In this document: positions 57,184-64,000 of the stretch, piece after piece | Numbering within the stretch: the stretch's first letter is position 1 | Layout of the letters: every line of letters starts with the position of its first letter | Source of the DNA: Candidatus Woesebacteria bacterium RIFCSPHIGHO2_02_FULL_42_20 | GTDB taxonomy: Bacteria; Patescibacteriota; Microgenomatia; UBA8517 | Reading direction: 5' to 3' | DNA length: 64,000 nucleotides | Assembly: GCA_001792535.1 (NCBI GenBank) | Contig: MGGS01000013.1 | Coordinates: 692 to 64,691 of the forward strand | Notes under the pieces: model-generated | Seen by the model: the letters and a program-made list of their open reading frames with translations, nothing else | Databases searched by the model: none | What the model was told of the DNA's origin: nothing | Program-made: the position numbers and the translations under genes

Positions 57184-57372
57184 CGGAAGCGCGGCGGGTG
57201 GGGGCGCCGCGCTCACCTTGCGAGGCCGCGAAGCGGCCGAGCTAACAACTTTGAAATTCGGTTCTAACTTTTTCGTAAATCTCGACCAAAAGAGAAAGAG
57301 AGTCCGTCGAGTTGGAGGCGCTCCTTGCGCCGCCGCCCGCACGGAGCGCCGCAAAGCCCTTTTTATATTCTG
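57184..57372 (-). repeat. inverted att-arm repeat C (104 bp identical to B) fused to an inverted 85-bp copy of a recombinase 3' end
   Basis: 57184..57287 is the exact reverse complement of 55568..55671; 57288..57372 reverse complement matches 58838..58925 (3' end of recombinase 57432..) with few mismatches. An inverted attP-like site. Confidence 0.85.
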
Positions 57373-57431
57373 CCGAGAGCTACCGGAAAAAAGAAGGAAA
57401 GAAAACGCAAAAATTTTAGGAAAACAAAAAT

Positions 57432-59042
57432 ATGAACAAATACATAGCTTATTGCCGAAAATCGAGAGACGAAGCAGACAAACAAATTTTGTCCATTGAG
57501 GCGCAAATTGCTGAATTAAAAGAATTTGCCAAACGGGAGCATTTGGAGATTGTCGAGTTTGTCGAGGAAGCCAAAACCGCCAAAATACCAGGAAGGGAGC
57601 AGTTTGCCAAAGTCCTAAAGAAAATCGAACAGGGGCACGCAAACGGAATCGTTGCGTGGCACCCCGATCGTTTGGCTAGAAACTCAATGGATGGCGGTAA
57701 AATTATTTACCTTCTGGATACCGGCAAACTGCTTGATCTGAAATTTCCAACGTCTTGGTTTGAGAATACACCACAAGGAAAGTTTATGCTTTCAATCGCC
57801 TTTGGCCAATCGAAATATTATGTAGACAATCTTTCCGAGAACGTAAAGCGAGGATTGCGCCAGAAACTCCGCAACGGAGTTTGGCCGGCTAAAGCTCCTT
57901 ATGGCTATGTGAACAATCCCAAAACCAGAGGAATTGATGTTGACCTCGAAAGATCAAAAGCCATCAAACGAGCTTTTGAAATGTTTGCGGAAGGAAGCCA
58001 TACATTTACTGATATTGCCAAGTATCTCCATAAATTCGATCTGAAACGCAAAAACGGAAAACCTCTCCATGTCAACGAAATCCGGCAGATACTCTCAAAC
58101 AAATTTTATATTGGAATTATGTTTTACAACGGTGAGTATCACGACGGAAATCATAAATGTTTTATCTCTAAAGAGTTATTCCAAAAAACACAAGGAGAAA
58201 TGAACCGAAGAAGCAAACATTTTAAAAAGTCATACCGTTTTCCGTTTTTGGGACTCGTAAGGTGCAGCGAATGTGGCGCGGCAATCACCGCCGAGCAACA
58301 CACGAAGTTCTACAAAACTACCAACCATAAAGTTACCTACGTTTACTATCGCTGCACCAAAAAACTTGGTCCTTGTTCTCAAATACCAATTACCAGTTTT
58401 GAGATGGAAGAACAAATAAGAAAGGTTGTTTCTGATGTGAGCTTGCCGCAAAGCTGGGCTGATAATTGGTTGAAATTTTTAGAACGGGACGAATTAATCG
58501 AGAAACAATCATCAGAAACAACTATCCAAAATCTCAAAACTGAAATGCAGGAAATAGATCGAAAGCAAAACACACTTTTGGACAGCTATCTCGATAGTGT
58601 CGTTGACCCCGAAACTTATAAAAGCAAGAAAAACGAAATGTTTGAATCAAAACTCAAATTACAAGAAGAAATCGCCAAAGTTGAGGAGACGGGTTCGAAT
58701 TGGCTCGAACCTATGAGAGAATTTGTAAATTGCGCCTTACAGGCGCAAAAAATCGCGCGCGCAAAAAATAATTGCGAAGAATTAGCATTCTTCGCAAAAC
58801 GTGTCGGCTCGAACTTCTTTTTATCTGATCGGCAGCTCGCGGCAGAATATAAAAAAGGCTTCTCGGCGCTCCGTGCGGGCGGCGGCGCAAGGAGCGCCTC
58901 CAACTCGACGGACTCTCTTTCTCTTTTGGTCGGGGTACCAGGAATCGAACCTGGACCGCACGGCCCCCAGCCGCGCATTCTACCACTAAACTATACCCCG
59001 GTAGAGAGTATTTTATACCCAAAATACCTTAGTTTGCACTAA
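57432..59042 (+). CDS. large serine recombinase; 3' end continues antisense through tRNA-Pro
   Basis: YIAYCRKSRDEADKQILSIEAQ (catalytic Ser), recombinase domain, zinc ribbon CSECG...C.KKLGPC, coiled coil. Homology with the other copies ends at about 58925; the last 39 codons (GVPGIEPGPHGPQPRI...) are antisense tRNA, so the native C-terminus is replaced by the integration junction. Confidence 0.85.
   Translation: MNKYIAYCRKSRDEADKQILSIEAQIAELKEFAKREHLEIVEFVEEAKTAKIPGREQFAKVLKKIEQGHANGIVAWHPDRLARNSMDGGKIIYLLDTGKLLDLKFPTSWFENTPQGKFMLSIAFGQSKYYVDNLSENVKRGLRQKLRNGVWPAKAPYGYVNNPKTRGIDVDLERSKAIKRAFEMFAEGSHTFTDIAKYLHKFDLKRKNGKPLHVNEIRQILSNKFYIGIMFYNGEYHDGNHKCFISKELFQKTQGEMNRRSKHFKKSYRFPFLGLVRCSECGAAITAEQHTKFYKTTNHKVTYVYYRCTKKLGPCSQIPITSFEMEEQIRKVVSDVSLPQSWADNWLKFLERDELIEKQSSETTIQNLKTEMQEIDRKQNTLLDSYLDSVVDPETYKSKKNEMFESKLKLQEEIAKVEETGSNWLEPMREFVNCALQAQKIARAKNNCEELAFFAKRVGSNFFLSDRQLAAEYKKGFSALRAGGGARSASNSTDSLSLLVGVPGIEPGPHGPQPRILPLNYTPVESILYPKYLSLH
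58926..58999 (-). tRNA. tRNA-Pro (anticodon GGG), CCA encoded
   Basis: Folded by hand: acceptor CGGGGTA/TACCCCG, D arm with GG, anticodon stem CGCGG/CCGTG, loop CUGGGGG (anticodon GGG), T arm CCAGG-TTCGATT-CCTGG, discriminator A plus CCA; 74 nt. Confidence 0.8.
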
Positions 59043-59154
59043 AAATATTATTTTGGGGAATCATAATCTCTTGCGAGAGTTACAAACTCGAGTAAGAGGA
59101 GTATATCATAAGAAACCCTTGTTTTTACCAAATGCGTGTGATACAAGATAGTCA

Positions 59155-60234
59155 ATGGCAAGAGGGAAAAGTGGATCTGCTGCAACCGAAACTTCAGGCA
59201 ATAGCTCCGGTTCCCAGAAACTTCAGGCAATAAAATTGGCGATGGAGCAGATAGAAAAGCAATACGGCAAGGGGTCGATTATGAAACTTGGAGATAGACA
59301 GTCAGTAAAAGTAGACATTATTCCGACCGGGTCTATTGCTCTTGATTTAGCACTCGGAGTCGGAGGTCTCCCTCGCGGTAGAATAGTAGAAATTTATGGG
59401 CCTGAAGCTTCTGGGAAAACAACACTTGCTTTACACGTCGTCGCCGAGGCTCAAAAAAGGGGTGGCCAGGCTGCTTTTATTGATGCCGAGCACGCGTTGG
59501 ACCCGGCCCGAGCCGAAACAATAGGGGTGAATCTGGATGACTTGCTCATGAGTCAACCTGATTCAGGGGAACAGGCCTTAGAAATCACCGAAACACTGAT
59601 AAGATCCGGAGCAGTGGACGTAATTGTGGTCGACTCGGTAGCGGCTTTGGTCCCGAGAGCTGAATTGGAAGGAGAGATGGGGGACGCGGTTATGGGTATG
59701 CAGGCCAGGCTTATGAGTCAAGCTTTGCGCAAGCTTACAGGAGCTATCTCAAAGTCCAAAACTATTTTGATTTTTACCAATCAGCTTCGGCAAAAGATCG
59801 GTGTAATGTTTGGCAATCCCGAAACTACACCCGGAGGATTGGCTTTGAAATTTTACTCTTCAGTCAGGATCGACATTAGAAGAATCGATACGATTAAAGA
59901 AGGGGATAATGTGGTTGGAGTGCGAGCGAGGGTCAGGGTTGTAAAAAATAAAGTCGCCCCCCCGCTTCGGGTTGCTGAGTTTGACATAATGAATGATGAG
60001 GGTATTTCCAAAGCAGGTGGGTTATTGGATGTAGCTATAGAGCTTGGAATAATGTCCAAAAGCTCTTCATTTTATAACTATGCAGGCAAGACACTGGCCC
60101 AAGGCAGAGAGGGAGCGAAACAACATATTAAGGATAATCCCAAATTTGCCGAGGAATTGGAAAAGAAAATCCGTGAAACAGTTGCTTCGGGTAAAAAAAT
60201 TCCGAAAGAGTTGGGAGATGAAGAAAAAGAGTAG
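59155..60234 (+). CDS. recA: recombinase RecA
   Basis: [20 protein letters not shown] (Walker A), L1/L2 loop regions, 359 aa. Confidence 0.9.
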   Translation: MARGKSGSAATETSGNSSGSQKLQAIKLAMEQIEKQYGKGSIMKLGDRQSVKVDIIPTGSIALDLALGVGGLPRGRIVEIYGPEASGKTTLALHVVAEAQKRGGQAAFIDAEHALDPARAETIGVNLDDLLMSQPDSGEQALEITETLIRSGAVDVIVVDSVAALVPRAELEGEMGDAVMGMQARLMSQALRKLTGAISKSKTILIFTNQLRQKIGVMFGNPETTPGGLALKFYSSVRIDIRRIDTIKEGDNVVGVRARVRVVKNKVAPPLRVAEFDIMNDEGISKAGGLLDVAIELGIMSKSSSFYNYAGKTLAQGREGAKQHIKDNPKFAEELEKKIRETVASGKKIPKELGDEEKE

Positions 60235-60289
60235 TAAAAAACTCGAGGAATCCAAAAGCTAGACTTTCAAATAAGTCGTCAAATAACTA

Positions 60290-60973
60290 TTAAAATCGTT
60301 CAAATGCACTTCCGGAGAAATCGGTTTGCGGCCCCCTTAATTGATCAGCAAATGTCTTCATAAAAATTTTTCGAATCCTTCTGTCTGGGATAATAACAAT
60401 TGAATCAGAATCGATATGTGGGTAGTCATTTGGTGCATGAGAATTATTAGTATAATCGTGTTCGTATAAAGGATTCCAATCTATAGGAGCTCCTAATAAC
60501 CTTTCGGCTAAATGAACTATTTTGTCATGATCGCCCAAATTAAGAACATTAACACCGGGCTGAGCGACGAAGGTTACATCTTGATCCGAATTTATACTTG
60601 GAGTGGTTCTTATTCTAACTCTACTGCCAGTTAATATTAGCCCAGCGAAATTATCATGGGCCGTTGATTTCAAATAAGCCGAAAGAACAAATCCTCCTGC
60701 CAAGAGCCTTAATCTCGCTGGTTTATCCTTCGGATTTCCAAGACCCAAGATGGTCATAGCTTTTTTTCTATCGTCACCAGGGTTGCTGGTAATGTTAATC
60801 GCAATTAATTGACTTACTCGTCCAGCAAGTTCGGTAAGTTGTATTTCTGTAGCATCTGCAACTTCTCGAGGTTTTATGATATTCTTATCAATCAAACTGT
60901 TTATTTTAACTGCTTCCTCATAAGCGCTACTGGTCGGATCTTCAATAGTAAGTTCAGTATATTCTTCAGGCAT
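60290..60973 (-). CDS. hypothetical protein (227 aa) between recA and recX
   Basis: ORF only; soluble, His/Asp-rich C-terminal half; no motif recognised. Confidence 0.35.
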   Translation of the reverse strand: MPEEYTELTIEDPTSSAYEEAVKINSLIDKNIIKPREVADATEIQLTELAGRVSQLIAINITSNPGDDRKKAMTILGLGNPKDKPARLRLLAGGFVLSAYLKSTAHDNFAGLILTGSRVRIRTTPSINSDQDVTFVAQPGVNVLNLGDHDKIVHLAERLLGAPIDWNPLYEHDYTNNSHAPNDYPHIDSDSIVIIPDRRIRKIFMKTFADQLRGPQTDFSGSAFERF

Positions 60974-60993
60974 ACTGTATTATTATATAGCCA

Positions 60994-61623
60994 ATGTGTG
61001 TGATAACTTCAATACAACCTCAAAAAAATAAAAGAAATGTAAATGTCTACCTAGACGGAAGGTTCGGGTTCGGAATTGATCTTGTGAATTTTGTTAAGCT
61101 GGGTATCAAAATCGGACAGGAAGTTAGTGAAGAAAAAATTCTCGAGATAATCAAGAAGTCAGAACAGCAAAAAGCCTTAGATAAACTTCTGAGATTTGCA
61201 ACATTGCGGCCGAGATCTCAAAAGGAGATTGAAAGTTGGCTTGGCAAATACAAGGTTCATCAAAGTATGCGGGATGAGTTTTTGGCCAAGCTTAGACATT
61301 TGGAACTTTTAGACGACAAAAAATTTACCCAATGGTGGGTTGAGCAGAGGCGAAATTTCAGGCACTTTGGGGACAAGCTGATTAAAATGGAGTTGATCTG
61401 GAAAGGGGTTGACAAATCTATAATTAACGACGTATTTGAGGGGAACAAAGATTCAAATGATCAAAAGAGTGATGCAATGTTAATTCTGAGTAGGAAATTA
61501 CAACATCTGAGAAAAGTACCTCGTGAAAAGATGTATCGGAAACTTTTTGGATTTTTACAACGAAAAGGGTTTGATTATGAAGTCATTAAGCAGGCAATTG
61601 ACGAATTACTTCTTAAAGAATAA
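60994..61623 (+). CDS. recX: RecA regulator RecX
   Basis: ITSIQPQKNKRNVNVYLDGRFGFGI... and three-helix repeat architecture typical of RecX; 209 aa. Confidence 0.7.
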   Translation: MCVITSIQPQKNKRNVNVYLDGRFGFGIDLVNFVKLGIKIGQEVSEEKILEIIKKSEQQKALDKLLRFATLRPRSQKEIESWLGKYKVHQSMRDEFLAKLRHLELLDDKKFTQWWVEQRRNFRHFGDKLIKMELIWKGVDKSIINDVFEGNKDSNDQKSDAMLILSRKLQHLRKVPREKMYRKLFGFLQRKGFDYEVIKQAIDELLLKE

Positions 61624-61734
61624 AATAGGCGATAAGGAAGTAATATGCTGAAAAGTAAAGCGCAACAATTGCTTCAGCTAGTCGGTTAAATCTAGTTTCA
61701 ACCGATACACTTCCTTTAATAGAAAGAAGTTTTT

Positions 61735-62979
61735 ATGTCCAGTGACGATGTTAAATTAATATTAGAAGAAATTAAAAAAGATCGGAATAGACTCGAGAGG
61801 AAAGAAAAAGATCTTAAAGAGATAGAAGAGAAATTAACCTCAAAACTTGAGAAAGTGGCTTCACTGACTCGTGATGAAGCTAAAAAAGAGCTTTTGGACG
61901 TTATTCAAAAGAATTTAACGGTTGATATCGCCAAGAAAATCCGCCAAGGCGAGGAAAGGATAAAGCTTGAAGCCAGAGATAAGGCAAGAGAAATTTTAGC
62001 CGACGCAATGAAACATGGAGCGACAACCTATGTCGCCGAATATACTGTCTCGACAGTTTCTGTTGATTCCGAAGAAGCAAAAGGGAGGATAATCGGCCGT
62101 GAGGGAAGGAATATCAGGAGTTTTGAAAAGGAAACTGGTGTGGAAATTGAACTCGATGAAGGGAATGTAATCAGGCTTTCTTCTTTTGATTCTATTAGAA
62201 GGGAAATCGCAAGAAGATCGCTTGAGATTTTACTCAAGGATACGAGGATTCAGCCTTCAAGAATTGAAGAAGTGGTGCGACAGGTAAAATCCCAAATGGA
62301 AGATATTCTTCTTGAGGAGGGCAAAAAAATTGTTCAGGAATGTGGGGTATTTAATCTTCCGATCGAAGTTATAAAACTTATTGGCCGTTTTAAATTTAGA
62401 ACTTCGTATGGGCAAAACCTGGGCCTTCATACAATTGAGGAGACAAAAATTGGGGTAGCCATTGCTGCAGAGATCGGTGCGAACACAGAGGTCGTTAGAC
62501 TTGGTTGCCTCTTGCACGACATTGGTAAGGTGGTTACCGATGTCGAAGGTAACCATGTTGACGCCGGGGTTACGACCGTAAAGCGTTTCGGCTTTCCTAA
62601 AGAAGTTGTAGCAGCCGTTTCCGAGCACCATGAAGATAAGCCGTTTTCGTCGACAGAATCTGTGATTGTTTGGATAGCTGACGCGATTTCAGGTTCCCGG
62701 CCGGGTGCGCGCTACGAGCCGTATGAAAACTATGTCAAAAGAATGACCAAAATAGAAGAAATATCTGGAAGCTTTTCTGGTGTGGAGCAAGCGATTGCCT
62801 TTCAGGCAGGGCGCGATGTAAGAATTATTGTCAGGCCCGAGGAAGTGGAGGAAGACAAATTGACAGTTCTTGCAAATGACATAGCCAGAAGGTTGGAGAA
62901 AGAAGCCGAGTATGCCGGACAGGTCAAAGTTACTGTAATTAGGGAAACAAGGGCCCAGGCCACAACTGCGGCAAAATAA
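61735..62979 (+). CDS. rny: ribonuclease Y (KH + HD domains; no N-terminal TM anchor)
   Basis: Coiled-coil N-terminus, KH motif IIGREGRNIRSFEKETGVEIELD, HD motif LGCLLHDIGK ... SEHHE; 414 aa (shorter than canonical Rny). Confidence 0.85.
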   Translation: MSSDDVKLILEEIKKDRNRLERKEKDLKEIEEKLTSKLEKVASLTRDEAKKELLDVIQKNLTVDIAKKIRQGEERIKLEARDKAREILADAMKHGATTYVAEYTVSTVSVDSEEAKGRIIGREGRNIRSFEKETGVEIELDEGNVIRLSSFDSIRREIARRSLEILLKDTRIQPSRIEEVVRQVKSQMEDILLEEGKKIVQECGVFNLPIEVIKLIGRFKFRTSYGQNLGLHTIEETKIGVAIAAEIGANTEVVRLGCLLHDIGKVVTDVEGNHVDAGVTTVKRFGFPKEVVAAVSEHHEDKPFSSTESVIVWIADAISGSRPGARYEPYENYVKRMTKIEEISGSFSGVEQAIAFQAGRDVRIIVRPEEVEEDKLTVLANDIARRLEKEAEYAGQVKVTVIRETRAQATTAAK

Positions 62980-63035
62980 ATCTTCAAACTTGACAAAGGA
63001 AATTCTTTAAATTATGCTTGTGGCTGTAAATATCT

Positions 63036-63314
63036 ATGACAAAAAGAGAGTTAATCGAGTTAGTTGCCCGCAAATCGCACCTTACTAAAAGGGCGACGGA
63101 GGAATGTTTAGACGTTTTTCTATCTGAAATTGGGCGAGTTTTGGCAAAAGGAGAGAAGAGGGTTGTATTATCCGGCTTTGGAACTTTTCGGGTGATTCCC
63201 GTTAAGTCTAAAACGGTTAAAATTCCAAATACTGAAAAGTTTGTAACGATTAAGTCGCATAGATCTCCTAAATTCACTCCGGGTAAAAAATTCAAAAGAG
63301 CTATAGCCCGGTGA
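63036..63314 (+). CDS. hup: HU/IHF-family DNA-binding protein
   Basis: MTKRELIELVA...GFGTFRVIPVKSKTVKIPNTEKFVTIKSHRSPKFTPGKKFK: HU arm signature (GFG.F......R.GRNP.TG). Confidence 0.85.
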   Translation: MTKRELIELVARKSHLTKRATEECLDVFLSEIGRVLAKGEKRVVLSGFGTFRVIPVKSKTVKIPNTEKFVTIKSHRSPKFTPGKKFKRAIAR

Positions 63315-63337
63315 TATACTTTGACTAATGGGTCCTT

Positions 63338-64000
63338 CGATCAGGGTTAATCGCTTAACCAAAGATTTTGACGTAACAATAAGAGAACCTGGCTTGTCCG
63401 GAACGATCAAGAGTTTGCTTAAGCCCAGAAAAAAAAACGTTCACGCCTTAAAACAGGTTTCGTTTAGTATTGACAAAGGTGAACTTGTTGGTTTTATTGG
63501 TCCTAATGGCGCCGGCAAAACGACTACGCTCAAAACTCTTTCGGGGTTGCTTTATCCGACCAGTGGCCATGTATGGGTGGAGGGATACGATCCTTGGGAG
63601 CGCAAGAGTGAGTTTTTAAAAGGAATTACACTTGTGATGGGGCAAAAAAACCAACTGTGGTGGGATTTACCTGCGGTTGAAACATTCGAACTTAACAGGG
63701 TAATTTATGAGGTTTCCAAAAAGGACTACGCTGAAAACTTAAACGAGTTGGTGAGTCTTCTTGATGCCAAGAAATTTCTTAATATTCCGGTCAGAAGACT
63801 TTCATTAGGGCAAAGAATGAGGTTGGAGCTGATTGCGGCTCTGATACATAAACCCAAAGTATTGTTTTTGGATGAACCTACGATTGGTTTGGATGTCGTA
63901 GCCAGTCAAAAAATGAGAGACTTTATAGCAAGTTACAATAAGAAATACCAGGCAACCATTGTTTTGACGTCGCACAATATGAGCGACATAGCTAATCTCG
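63338..64000 (+). CDS. ABC transporter ATP-binding protein (C-terminus beyond window)
   Basis: Walker A GPNGAGKTTTLKTLSG, signature LSLGQRMRLELI, Walker B VLFLDEPTIGLD; not in ORF track because it runs off the end. Confidence 0.8.

Larger units (their letters stand above)
49378..58999. mobile_element. composite array of serine-recombinase integrative elements inserted in the 3' end of tRNA-Pro (candidate attL 49378, attR 58926)
   Basis: Three large serine recombinase genes (one decayed), a TTGGTCG core at every junction (50965, 55568, 57287 rc, 58926), three copies of the element-end arm, TerS and cargo genes; the tRNA 3' end is reconstituted by the recombinase gene end. Confidence 0.65.

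Noticed and set aside
57149-57499. 116-aa plus-strand ORF rich in Ala/Arg/Gly
   Set aside because: Lies inside the inverted att-arm repeat and the inverted recombinase 3' fragment; the GC-rich hairpin sequence creates an open frame by chance. The same applies to ORFs at 58616..58978, 58711..59022, 58801..58989 and 50655..50942.
58926-59042. C-terminal 39 residues of recombinase ORF (GVPGIEPGPHGPQPRILPLNYTPVESILYPKYLSLH) as a genuine protein extension
   Set aside because: They are the antisense of tRNA-Pro and its upstream flank; homology among the three recombinase copies stops at the TTGGTCG core, so this tail is a by-product of integration.

Overview
This is a 64-kb fragment of a low-GC bacterial genome with Candidate Phyla Radiation (Patescibacteria)-like traits. 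The ribosomal-protein operon lacks rpmD (L30) and an rpsJ head gene, and carries C4-zinc forms of uS14 and bL36. Shine-Dalgarno sites are weak and many genes overlap by a few bases. From translations I recognise the following regions.
1-14.6 kb: a cell-envelope/glycan region. It holds an MscS channel, truB, a LytR_C protein, an M23 peptidase, a co-directional block (UbiA-family prenyltransferase, MraY/WecA-family transferase, two ArnT/PMT-like GT-C glycosyltransferases, a secreted protein), an EamA transporter, a small monotopic phosphoglycosyl transferase, a cellulose-synthase-like GT2, metG and a SAM hydroxide adenosyltransferase-like gene.
14.6-22 kb: a YerC/TrpR-like protein, rmuC, a DedA protein, two type II toxin-antitoxin cassettes (RHH/PIN and BrnT/BrnA) separated by duplicated 20-codon aldo/keto-reductase start stubs, an aldehyde dehydrogenase, a decayed MBL-fold pseudogene region, NUDIX and ASCH proteins.
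22.3-24.8 kb: a second synthase-type GT2 paired with a GH26-like (clan GH-A) hydrolase.
24.9-27.8 kb: a UvrD-helicase/Cas4-like Fe-S nuclease fusion.
28.5-43.6 kb: rplC through rpsI, including secY, adk, map, infA, rpmJ and rpoA. A -35/-10 promoter is followed by an intrinsic-terminator-like leader hairpin directly upstream of rplC. Three 50-bp tandem repeats lie between rpsD and rpoA.
43.7-49.4 kb: an orphan short GspE/PilB-type ATPase, two convergent proteins carrying PEP-utilising phosphohistidine (swivel) domains, and an HD-like protein.
49.4-59.0 kb: a composite integrated-element array inserted at the 3' end of tRNA-Pro(GGG). It carries three large serine recombinases (one 5'-decayed), a phage TerS-like protein, a pfkB sugar kinase, and a membrane-anchored Hint (intein/Hedgehog-like) domain protein flanked by perfect 104-bp inverted att-arm repeats.
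59.2-64 kb: recA, an unknown ORF, recX, rny, hup and the start of an ABC ATPase.
No rRNA genes or CRISPR arrays were seen. All calls rest on reading the translated ORFs and the sequence by eye; no database searches were run.
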